A stretch of DNA of 24,402 nucleotides from a virus (IMGVR_UViG_3300020369_000016:1-24402), one strand, 5' to 3'; positions 8,414-16,432 are shown, numbered from the stretch's first letter. The notes: a model not told the origin generated them from the sequence alone. Numbers and translations: made by a program.

Positions 8414-8611
8414 TTAACCGTGCGCAGGTTTGCTGTGGGTTTGCATGCCCTTGACGATCAGCAAGCGCGCCATGGCGGCTAGCGAGCGCATTTCCGCGTC
8501 CGCCATCTTGGCGAGCTGCGCCCGCTCATCTTCAGTCAGGTGGGTCATCAGCGGCTTGCTGCAGCCGCGTGGGGAAGGGGATCGCAAAGCGGTGGCGTTT
8601 TGGGTGGTCAT
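8414..8611 (-). CDS. Small ribbon-helix-helix-like DNA-binding protein in the Cro/Cox position
   Basis: KPLMTHLTEDERAQLAKMADAEMRSLAAMARLLIVKGM strand-helix-helix pattern; AAGGA RBS. Confidence 0.7.
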   Translation of the reverse strand: MTTQNATALRSPSPRGCSKPLMTHLTEDERAQLAKMADAEMRSLAAMARLLIVKGMQTHSKPAHG

Positions 8612-8664
8612 GTCTTAGGATTCCTTGCAATGTGTAAGACGTTTGGGGTTTGCGGCAGCCGGCG

Positions 8665-8886
8665 TTAGCTATCCGGTTGCGTGGTGGCGACGGACTCTTC
8701 GGTCAGCGCTTCGTAGATGAGCTCCATGGCCACCTCAACGTGGCCAACGGCAAAGCGCATGTCACGCTCTAGGCCCTCCGTGTTGGTGGGCTTGGCAAAG
8801 ATGCGTTTTAACTCTGCGAAGGCTTGCTCGCCGCGATCCAAGAGGTCTGCAATTTCGTCGTGGCGTTCAACAAGGTGGTTGTTCAT
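8665..8886 (-). CDS. Hypothetical 73-aa helical protein (paralogue A of head-to-head pair)
   Basis: GGAG RBS; motif RDMRFAVGHVEVAM shared with 8885..9106. Confidence 0.75.
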   Translation of the reverse strand: MNNHLVERHDEIADLLDRGEQAFAELKRIFAKPTNTEGLERDMRFAVGHVEVAMELIYEALTEESVATTQPDS

Positions 8887-9106
8887 GGGGGCTCACTCCA
8901 AGGGGCAGGTCAACGATCTGAAAAAGCGTTTGACTGAGGCCTATAAGCAGGTACTGACGGTCATGGATGGGCGAGACGGCAACCCAGGAGATCCTGAGGC
9001 AGACAGCAAGATAGAGCGTTGGATAGATGGACGAGACTTGCGGTTTGCATTGGGGCACTTAGAGGTGGCCATCAAGGAAATTCGGGCCGAGCTGGGCAAG
9101 CGATGA
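8885..9106 (+). CDS. Hypothetical 73-aa helical protein (paralogue B of head-to-head pair)
   Basis: C-terminal part of track ORF 8717..9106, starting at ATG 8885 with AAGGTGG RBS; motif RDLRFALGHLEVAI. Confidence 0.7.
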   Translation: MGAHSKGQVNDLKKRLTEAYKQVLTVMDGRDGNPGDPEADSKIERWIDGRDLRFALGHLEVAIKEIRAELGKR

Positions 9107-9147
9107 CACTGAGTTGGTTGCTTTGGCATGACTTGGTTTCCTTCTTG

Positions 9148-9236
9148 AAGGACATTTATGTCCTTTCGTTTAACCGTGTAAGGCGAATATAGGACATATA
9201 TGACCACTGCGCAACAGGAAAAAGACTTTTCTGTCT
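9148..9236. promoter_or_regulatory. Three putative repressor operators (consensus RGACWT-NN-MTGWCY)
   Basis: AAGGACAT-TT-ATGTCCTT (9148-9165, perfect arms), GGACAT-AT-ATGACC (9192-9205), AGACTT-TT-CTGTCT (9223-9236). Confidence 0.75.
9186..9214 (-). promoter_or_regulatory. Putative sigma70 early lytic promoter
   Basis: TTGCGC (9214-9209), 17-bp spacer, TATATT (9191-9186); operator 2 lies in the spacer. Confidence 0.65.
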
Positions 9237-9577
9237 GTTCGCGCTTGCGTGAAGAAAGAAAGGCTCTAGGGCTGGATCAGCAGCAGATAGCTGATGCTTT
9301 GGATGTGAGCCTCAAGACCGTTGGGCGCTGGGAGAAAAACATTGCAATTCCGAGCGACAAGCTAGCGGGGCTGGCTACTCAAGGGTTTGACGTCGTTTAT
9401 GTACTCACAGGGCAACGGATGCCGAGACCAGTGGAGGGACTCAGTGAACGAGAATCAGCGGTGCTTGATAACTTCCGGTCCCTCCCTGAGGAGGACCGGG
9501 CGTCGGTACAGCGCCTTACCAATGCGCTTGCGGAATCGGCGGCGCGTTATGTAGTGGATGAGAAGAAGTCGGGCTGA
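9200..9577 (+). CDS. XRE-family HTH immunity repressor (CI/C-like, no peptidase domain)
   Basis: RLREERKALGLDQQQIADALDVSLKTVGRWEKN...DVVYVLTG; divergent from the early operon. Confidence 0.9.
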   Translation: MTTAQQEKDFSVCSRLREERKALGLDQQQIADALDVSLKTVGRWEKNIAIPSDKLAGLATQGFDVVYVLTGQRMPRPVEGLSERESAVLDNFRSLPEEDRASVQRLTNALAESAARYVVDEKKSG

Positions 9578-9626
9578 AAGCTCATAGGACGCAGCGTTAT
9601 CAATACTTCAGACAAGGATGCCGACA

Positions 9627-10178
9627 ATGGCCATGACTCAATGCAAAGAGTGCAAGCACACCGTTGCCACTAGCGCGAAGATTTGCCCCAACTGCGGTGC
9701 AAAAGACCCAGGAATCAAGCTGATTCACTCTCTAGCCGGGGTGCTGGCTCTGGGGATTGTGGTTGCCCTAGTGGTTTCTGCTTGCAATGGCGGGGACGAG
9801 CCAACCGCGCGGGCACCCAGCCAGACTGCCGCAGTTGCCCAGGCACCAGCCGCTAAACAGTGGTACCAGGGCGGCACGTTGCATCAGGCCAGCGGCCTTG
9901 CCTGGCAGCAAGGCGCCTACGCCGACAAGCTGGCCACCGCCGCTGACATCTTGGCCAAGCTCAACAACATTGGCCGCCTGAGCCCGCAAATCGCTGGGCG
10001 CATCAGCGGAATAGACGACTACAAACCTCTTGCCGCCGAGCTGGTGACGCAGCTTGATGAGGCTTTCGCCCCTGATCCAGACCCCGCTCAGAATGAGCGG
10101 CTGTTCGCTAATCAAACCGTGGCTTCGACGAGCGTGATGGTTCTGGCGTTGATGGGTTGGGTGCAGACGGGGGGCTAG
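9627..10178 (+). CDS. Zinc-ribbon + single TM + probable periplasmic domain protein
   Basis: CKEC...CPNC, hydrophobic helix ending VVSAC, Ala/Pro linker, helical C-domain. Start could be 9618, 9627 or 9633. Confidence 0.8.
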   Translation: MAMTQCKECKHTVATSAKICPNCGAKDPGIKLIHSLAGVLALGIVVALVVSACNGGDEPTARAPSQTAAVAQAPAAKQWYQGGTLHQASGLAWQQGAYADKLATAADILAKLNNIGRLSPQIAGRISGIDDYKPLAAELVTQLDEAFAPDPDPAQNERLFANQTVASTSVMVLALMGWVQTGG

Positions 10179-10261
10179 CGCTTCTACTCGATAGTGAACC
10201 GACGCTTACCGGTTGAAGACCAGAGAGACCGGTCGACAGTAATTTCGATCAGGGAAGTAAC

Positions 10262-11239
10262 ATGACAACGAGAAATATCTATTTTTTCGACATGAAGGTA
10301 ACGGCAAGAGGGAAGCTTAATCGCCGAGATGATCCTATTGATTTCAATGTGAAACCTAAGGATATATCCACGATCGCCGAAGATATAAAACAAATCTTTA
10401 CCGGCGGTGACAATCTTTTGCAATCAGGTCGTAACACTGACAGCCCGTCGCATTATTTGCAAGACTGTCAGGTAGATGACGAGAAGATCGTTCTTTTGGT
10501 TAATCGTTGTGATCCGAAAGCCCCTGATATGGTGACATCTAATCCCGCAGAGAAGGAACAGATAGTTCACGCAAAACCCGCTGGGCATGGTGGTGATTTT
10601 TCGTCTCACGTCGTTATTATGAAAAAACCGGTTAGGGGTGATAATTATTATCTGTGCGTAATTGAGAGTTTGGTGGGTTCCGGCCTTAATTCTACGGTAA
10701 TAAAGTCATATTTGAAGAGTGTTCTTAATAAATGCCGGTTTGAATTTAAAGATAGGTATACGATTTCAGATATTAGTGAGCCAAAAGTCAAGGTTAGGCA
10801 TGTGCATGATATTGCATTCCAGGGGCACCCATCTGAAAGCTTTATGAGGGATTTGGAGAATGGCTACCTCTCAGGTGCACAGGCAATAAATTACACTGGG
10901 GTTGGGAAGCACCTTGACTCTAATGGAGCCATAACAGAAGACTACAAAACCATTAAGCTGAAGGTAGATAGTAGCCTCATTGGCGATACGCTTGCTTCGC
11001 TGAAGGCCGTAAGAAGTAAGCTGATGAGTGAGTATAAAGAGTACTCGGAGCTGAGGATTGCATTCAGGACGGATGGTGAAAATAAATCAGCTAAGCTATC
11101 AATTGAAACTGGTCAGTTAGTTGATGCTGACAGATACACAAAGAAGCATGAGCTAAAGTCTATTGTTACGAATCGGACGAGTTATGCTAAAATTAGCAGT
11201 GTCATTTTAAAGGAAATAATGTCTTATATAGGCAAATGA
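10262..11239 (+). CDS. AT-rich moron, soluble 325-aa protein (candidate anti-phage sensor)
   Basis: Long ORF in a visibly AT-rich segment; 1 bp from the downstream membrane gene. Function inferred. Confidence 0.85.
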   Translation: MTTRNIYFFDMKVTARGKLNRRDDPIDFNVKPKDISTIAEDIKQIFTGGDNLLQSGRNTDSPSHYLQDCQVDDEKIVLLVNRCDPKAPDMVTSNPAEKEQIVHAKPAGHGGDFSSHVVIMKKPVRGDNYYLCVIESLVGSGLNSTVIKSYLKSVLNKCRFEFKDRYTISDISEPKVKVRHVHDIAFQGHPSESFMRDLENGYLSGAQAINYTGVGKHLDSNGAITEDYKTIKLKVDSSLIGDTLASLKAVRSKLMSEYKEYSELRIAFRTDGENKSAKLSIETGQLVDADRYTKKHELKSIVTNRTSYAKISSVILKEIMSYIGK

Positions 11240-11240
11240 A

Positions 11241-11825
11241 ATGTTTCTGACGCAGCTTTTTAAGCCGTTTGGTTATTTTAAAATCAAGCTTCGCCATAAG
11301 TGGCGTATAGATTGGGCAGTTCCTGCTATTCTAGCTTTGCTGGTTTTGTGGCTTATTGATAGAACTATAGCTGTGACAAGCATATCTGCATCTGGCGGCA
11401 TAGCTGCGCTAGTGCTTAGCTTTCTTCAAACCTTGCCGGGGTTCTATATTGCTGCCCTGGCAATTATATGCAGCATCAGAAATCCGCGTCTTGAAAAGTC
11501 TTTTGACGGGGAGCCTCCCAAAATCATGGTGCGCGTTAGAGGTGAAGAGACGCCAGTCAAGCTTTCACGTCGTCGCTTTCTTGCTATGCTGTTTTCGTTT
11601 CTAACTGCACAATGCTTGTTGGTGATTGCGTACTCGATAATTTATATCGCTCTGAATGACTTTATTGTTAGCAGATATACGATTTTCTTTGGGGTAAACA
11701 ATTTAATTATCTACGCTAATGCTTTTGTTTACCTCACGTTGGTTTGTCAGCTGTCGGTCGTTACTTTTTGGGGGCTGTACTACCTTGGCCACAAGCTCCA
11801 CACCAGCGAGCACGAAACTGAGTAG
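11241..11825 (+). CDS. AT-rich moron, 194-aa protein with ~4 TM helices (candidate anti-phage effector)
   Basis: Four hydrophobic segments; LPGFYIAALA and LSRRRFLAMLFSFL motifs. Function inferred. Confidence 0.85.
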   Translation: MFLTQLFKPFGYFKIKLRHKWRIDWAVPAILALLVLWLIDRTIAVTSISASGGIAALVLSFLQTLPGFYIAALAIICSIRNPRLEKSFDGEPPKIMVRVRGEETPVKLSRRRFLAMLFSFLTAQCLLVIAYSIIYIALNDFIVSRYTIFFGVNNLIIYANAFVYLTLVCQLSVVTFWGLYYLGHKLHTSEHETE

Positions 11826-11834
11826 TCGTGTTCA

Positions 11835-13022
11835 CTACCCCAGCCGCTCAAACTCCCGCTTCACCGCCCGCTCTGCACTGCCCTTGCTCGCATATAGGTG
11901 AGTAAGGCGCAGCGGGCTGGTTAGATCCCCCTCTGTGATCTTCTGCTGTGCGCCGCTTTCGTTGCGGTACCAGGCGATTACCCCGGTGTATTCCGTTTCG
12001 ACCAGGGCGGCGAGGTCGTCGTCTTCTGCCAGCTGGTTTTCCAGCTCAAGGGCGACGGTGTAGCCGCTGTCGCTCAGGTTGTGCACCACACGGCTGCAGA
12101 GCCACACCACGGCGCTGATCTCTGGCTTGATGCCGCTGAGGCTGAAGGTCATTTCCGGTATCAGGTCGGCCCGGCCAAGGGCGAGGGTGTAGCTGAGTGT
12201 GGCGACGCCACGCTGCAGCCTGCGCCATTCGCTGCGCACGGCCTGCAGGGCGCTGGCCTGGTCTGCGTAGACGTGGCGCAGGGTTTTGATGTTGTCGTCT
12301 GTGCCGATCGCCGCTTCCAGCCGCTCGGCGCTGTTGGGCTGGTAGTAGTAAGCGCGCACGCCGGTGTAGGTGTTGCGGTCTGCCTGTAGAAAGCGGTGGC
12401 TGTCGCCGCTGGCCCGAGTGTGGTGAATATGGGGCAGGGTAAGCCCGCTGGCGGTTTTGGCGGTACCCACGGGGGTTACCAGCAGGTGACCGGCTTTGAT
12501 AGTGGCTATCGCGTCGTGATCCTGTGCCAGGCGGCTGAGCAGGTTGGCGTCTGATTCGTTGGCTTGGTCCTGATGCGCAAGCGGCAGGGCGGCGAGCACC
12601 CGATCTATCACCGGTTTGAGGCTGTAGGCCTCAGCGATGGTGTGGATGATGTCGCCCAGGGTTACGTCGTGCCAGCTGCGTTCGCGCTTGCGGCTGAGGG
12701 CGCTGCCCAGATCCACGCTGCGGGCGCGGATGCTGAGCGTATCCGGTGCGCCGCTGTGCTCGGTTTCGTCGACCTGGTAGCTGCCTTTGTAAACGAGCCC
12801 GGTGTCTGACCAGCCGAGCCACAGCTCAACCTGCGCGCCTTTGGGTGGGATTGCCAGTTGGCCGTCGTGGTCGCTGAGGCTGATGTCCAGTTGGTCGGCC
12901 TCGAGGCCGCGGTTATCGGTGAGGCTGATGCTGATCAGGCGGGGGCTGACCTTGCTGGTGATGTCTTGCCCGTTGACGGTGATGCGGTACGCGGGGGCCG
13001 CGTGGCGGGGCAGGGTGATCAT
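11835..13022 (-). CDS. D: Baseplate hub, P2 gpD family
   Basis: LTDNRGLEADQLDISLSD, DQANESDANLLSRLA; follows U. Confidence 0.93.
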   Translation of the reverse strand: MITLPRHAAPAYRITVNGQDITSKVSPRLISISLTDNRGLEADQLDISLSDHDGQLAIPPKGAQVELWLGWSDTGLVYKGSYQVDETEHSGAPDTLSIRARSVDLGSALSRKRERSWHDVTLGDIIHTIAEAYSLKPVIDRVLAALPLAHQDQANESDANLLSRLAQDHDAIATIKAGHLLVTPVGTAKTASGLTLPHIHHTRASGDSHRFLQADRNTYTGVRAYYYQPNSAERLEAAIGTDDNIKTLRHVYADQASALQAVRSEWRRLQRGVATLSYTLALGRADLIPEMTFSLSGIKPEISAVVWLCSRVVHNLSDSGYTVALELENQLAEDDDLAALVETEYTGVIAWYRNESGAQQKITEGDLTSPLRLTHLYASKGSAERAVKREFERLG

Positions 13023-13450
13023 CGCAGGATGTTCCCGATTGTGCTGAGCAGGCTGCCGAGTAGCTCGATCTGGCTGTCATCCACGCGCTGCAGGGTGATG
13101 CTGAACTCGATGCGCCGGGGCGCGCCGTCTCTGAAAAACAGGGTGTTGGTTTCCTGCAGGTTCTCGATGATCCACAGGCCGTAGATGCGGCCGGTGCCCT
13201 CGACAAGGGGCCAGGCTTTGCCGCTGTCTGCCATGAGGCGCAGGGCGTCAAGCGACACCCGTTGGCCGCTGATCTCCGGCAGGATGAGCCCGCTCAGGGT
13301 GATTGTGTCGTCACCTTTGCCAACGAACTGGCGCGCCGGTAGCGCGCCCACGCGGCTGGTGCTGGGGTGGCGCCAGGCGGTCTGGCGTTGCAGTTGCTGG
13401 TATGCGGTGGTGGATAGGCTGAATACGTACAGCCCGAGCGCCATCATCAT
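13019..13450 (-). CDS. U: Tail protein, P2 gpU family
   Basis: MMMALGLYVFSL...GAPRRIEFSITLQRVD. Confidence 0.93.
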   Translation of the reverse strand: MMMALGLYVFSLSTTAYQQLQRQTAWRHPSTSRVGALPARQFVGKGDDTITLSGLILPEISGQRVSLDALRLMADSGKAWPLVEGTGRIYGLWIIENLQETNTLFFRDGAPRRIEFSITLQRVDDSQIELLGSLLSTIGNILR

Positions 13451-13456
13451 CGGTGG

Positions 13457-15970
13457 TTACTCCTGGTCATACAGGCTGCTGCGCCCACGGGCGCCGGCGG
13501 CGCGCTCGCGGCGGTCCAGCTCGGCGGCGACGGCGTGGGCGATGGCCTGTGGGTCCATGCCTGGGGCGGCGTGAATGTGGATCTCGTACTGGCCGCCAGT
13601 GCTGCCGCTGTGGGCGGGGCGGGCAGACAGGGGGCGGCGGCCGTCAAAGCGTATGCCATCTGCTGCGCCGGCCATGCGTTGGGATACACCAGCCACGGCA
13701 GCCAGCGGCTCACCCTGCTGGCGTTGGATACCCTGGGCAAGGCCCTGCATGGTGAAGCCGCCCAGCTCGGCAAATACGCGGCTTGGGCTGTGGATGCCGA
13801 GCACCCGTTTCACGCTGTCCGGCAGCATGGATGCCACCTTGCTCAGTGCCGCCACCAGCCCTGGGGCAAGACGCTTGAGGCCTGCGACCAGCCCGTCGAT
13901 CAGGTTGCCCGGCAGCTCTACGCCAAACCAGCTCATCACTGCGGCAAAGGCCTTGTAGAACAGCCCCAGCGGTGACCAGTTGGCGATGAGCTGGCCAACG
14001 CCGAGGATGCCGCCGTTGAATGCGGCCTTGATCTCGGACCACACCCGTTGACCCACTTCGGTGAGGTTTTGCCAGATGGCTTTGAGGCCACCCACTACGC
14101 CGTCCCAATTCTTGTAGAGCAGCCAGCCCGCGGCCACCAGCAGACCGATGGCGATGCCGATCGGGTTGGCCATGAGCATGCGGCCGAGCCACAGGAAGGC
14201 GGTGCCGATGCTCTTGATAACGGGTAGCAGGGCAAGTGATTTACCGGTGAACATCACCAGGCCGTAGCGGATCATGGCGAACGGGCCGAGCACTGATGCA
14301 ATGGCCAGTGTGATGGCGCCGAATAGGGTAATCAGCAGGGCCATGCCGGCGGCGGTTTTGACTATAGCGCCTGCAAGCTCGGGGTTTTTCTCTACCCACT
14401 TGGTGATGCTTCGTATCAGCTCAGCGATGCCCTGGACCATGCCGCGCAGATCCCTTTTCGCCGTGTCTTGTAACTCAATACCGAGGTTGGCCCAGACACT
14501 CTTGAGGCTTTCCAGATCGCCGCCGAGGTTGTCAGCCATGACCTTGGCGGTGGTTGCCGCTTCGCCTTGCGCGGTGCGCAGTTGGGCGATCAGATCCTGC
14601 AGGGCGCCGCTGCCCGCTTGCTGGGTGAGCACGGTGAGCGCGCTGCCTGCCTCTTCGCCGGCGATCGCCTTGAGCAGACCGCCGCGCTGGGTGTCACCCA
14701 TGTTGGCTGTGCGGTCGTGAATCTCTTTGAGCAGGTCGGGCAGGGGGCGCATGTTGCCTTCGGCGTCTGCTACCTGCAGGCCCAGCTCGGCTATGGCGTC
14801 TGCTGCCATTTTTGGTGGTGCTGCCAGGCGGCTGAGAATCGCGCGCATTGCGGTACCGGCCATGCTCCCCTGAATACCAGCATCACCCAATTTGCCTGCG
14901 GCCGCGGCCATGGTTTCGATGTCTTGCCCGTAGGCGGCGGCGTTGGGCGCTGCGTACTTCATGGTGTCGCCCAGCATCTCCAGCGAGGTGTTGGAGCGGG
15001 TGAACGCGGCGGTGAGCACGTCGCCCACGCGGGCCATCTCGCTGGCCTCAAGGTTGAAGCCGGTGAGGATGTTGGATGCCACGTCTGCGGTTGATGCCAG
15101 ATCCATTGCACCGGCTTTGGCAACGTCGAGCATGGCGGGCATTGCTGCCTGAATGGCCTCTGGCGAGAAGCCGGCCATGGCAAGAAAGCCTTGGCCTTGG
15201 GCTGCATCGTTGGCGGTGAACTGAGTGTTGGCTCCCAGTTCGCGCGCTTGGGCGCGCAGCGCGGCCAGCTCGGGGCTATCGCCATCGAGCCGCGCCAGTG
15301 CCTGCACACGGCTCATGCCGGAATCAAACTCAATACCCGGGGCCAGCATGCGCGCACCGCTGTAGATCATGCCGCTGCCGGTGGCCAGCCCGGCAGCGCC
15401 GGTACCGGCCATGCTGCCAGCCAACCCTTGGGTGCGTTCGTATTGCTGTTTGGCTTGGGCAAGGCGCTGCTGCTGCGCTGTGACAGCCCTGAGCCTGCGC
15501 TCCTGCTGCTGCAGCTGGGTGTTGGTGTTGCTGATGCGTTGGCGCAGGCCGCGCTCATGCTCGCTCAGGTTACGGGTGCTGACGCCCGCCTCGTTGAGCT
15601 TGCCGCGCAGGCCTTGCAGTTGGCGTTGCTGCTCCTGGTGCTTTTGCTTGAGGGCGTGGGCTTCGCGCACAGCGCGGCGAAACTCAGCGCTCAGCGCCTT
15701 GGTTGGGGTGCTGGTTTGCGCCATCTGGCGCGACAGCTCGCGCACCCGATCGCGGTTGGCGCTGATGGCCTGGGTGGTTTGCTTGGCTGCGTTGTTGAGG
15801 GTGCGCCAGGTGCTGACGTCGCGCTGCTGCGCCTGCAGTTGCTTGAGCTGGTCGCGGGTGGTCTTGAGCTCGCGGCCAAGCCCGACGCTGCCCTGGGTGA
15901 TGGCGCGGATCGGTTTGGTTGCCCGGTCGAGTGCCTGCAGCACCACCTCAAGTTTCAGCTTTTGCGCCAT
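13457..15970 (-). CDS. T: Tape measure protein (837 aa)
   Basis: Coiled-coil N-terminus, TP901-type core (FLAMAGF, GIQGSMAGT), LGIHSPSRVF motif. Confidence 0.95.
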   Translation of the reverse strand: MAQKLKLEVVLQALDRATKPIRAITQGSVGLGRELKTTRDQLKQLQAQQRDVSTWRTLNNAAKQTTQAISANRDRVRELSRQMAQTSTPTKALSAEFRRAVREAHALKQKHQEQQRQLQGLRGKLNEAGVSTRNLSEHERGLRQRISNTNTQLQQQERRLRAVTAQQQRLAQAKQQYERTQGLAGSMAGTGAAGLATGSGMIYSGARMLAPGIEFDSGMSRVQALARLDGDSPELAALRAQARELGANTQFTANDAAQGQGFLAMAGFSPEAIQAAMPAMLDVAKAGAMDLASTADVASNILTGFNLEASEMARVGDVLTAAFTRSNTSLEMLGDTMKYAAPNAAAYGQDIETMAAAAGKLGDAGIQGSMAGTAMRAILSRLAAPPKMAADAIAELGLQVADAEGNMRPLPDLLKEIHDRTANMGDTQRGGLLKAIAGEEAGSALTVLTQQAGSGALQDLIAQLRTAQGEAATTAKVMADNLGGDLESLKSVWANLGIELQDTAKRDLRGMVQGIAELIRSITKWVEKNPELAGAIVKTAAGMALLITLFGAITLAIASVLGPFAMIRYGLVMFTGKSLALLPVIKSIGTAFLWLGRMLMANPIGIAIGLLVAAGWLLYKNWDGVVGGLKAIWQNLTEVGQRVWSEIKAAFNGGILGVGQLIANWSPLGLFYKAFAAVMSWFGVELPGNLIDGLVAGLKRLAPGLVAALSKVASMLPDSVKRVLGIHSPSRVFAELGGFTMQGLAQGIQRQQGEPLAAVAGVSQRMAGAADGIRFDGRRPLSARPAHSGSTGGQYEIHIHAAPGMDPQAIAHAVAAELDRRERAAGARGRSSLYDQE

Positions 15971-16136
15971 GCACCTGGTTCCATTGCTTGATTGCGCGGT
16001 TGCGCCAGTCCATCAGCTCCGGCAGGCCGAGGCGGTCCATCTCGCTCGGCCCCCAGTGATACACCAGGGCGATATCGCCCATGGCTTCTTCTACCCTTCG
16101 AGGGATGCCTGCCGCGCTTTCTTCGTCAGCAAAAAA
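15948..16136 (-). CDS. E': gpE' extension reached by -1 frameshift (gpE+E')
   Basis: MGDIALVYHWGPSEMDRLGLPELMDWR motif; TTTTTTG slippery site at 16136-16130. Confidence 0.85.
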   Translation of the reverse strand, partial: FFADEESAAGIPRRVEEAMGDIALVYHWGPSEMDRLGLPELMDWRNRAIKQWNQVHGAKAET

Positions 16137-16432
16137 CTGGCCACGGCGACCCCGCATTGCATCAGGTCTGCCGGGTCCATGCGGCCGACCTCGATGTCGG
16201 TCAGGCTGGGGGTGGTGATGCGTGGCAGCACTTTGCGCAGGGCCAGCACGTCCATCTGGGCCAGCTCCATGAGGTTCACGCCGCGCAGCTCGCCGGATAC
16301 GGGCTTGCGCAGGGTGATGCTGGTGATCTCTTCGGTGCCGCGTTTGACGGGTTCGTCCAGCTCGATGACCTGGTGGTTATCGAGCTGCTGTTGCTCTGCC
16401 TGCGGCGCTGCTGCGGCGTCTGGCTTGTCCAT
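16091..16432 (-). CDS. E: Tail assembly chaperone gpE (113 aa)
   Basis: ITLRKPVSGELRG...LPRIT...MDPADL; start trimmed to ATG 16432 with AAGGAG RBS. Confidence 0.9.
   Translation of the reverse strand: MDKPDAAAAPQAEQQQLDNHQVIELDEPVKRGTEEITSITLRKPVSGELRGVNLMELAQMDVLALRKVLPRITTPSLTDIEVGRMDPADLMQCGVAVASFLLTKKARQASLEG

Noticed and set aside
8717-8884. N-terminal 56-aa extension of the plus-strand ORF 8717..9106
   Set aside because: It is the antisense of paralogue A with no clear RBS; ATG 8885 has an SD and gives the symmetric 73-aa product.
8725-9073. Degenerate inverted repeat read as an RNA hairpin or invertible-segment ends
   Set aside because: Mismatches follow codon structure, which fits protein-level conservation; no invertase in the window.
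10180-10261. Dedicated promoter for the AT-rich moron
   Set aside because: TTGAAG and the nearest -10-like hexamers are 19-21 bp apart, so not convincing.
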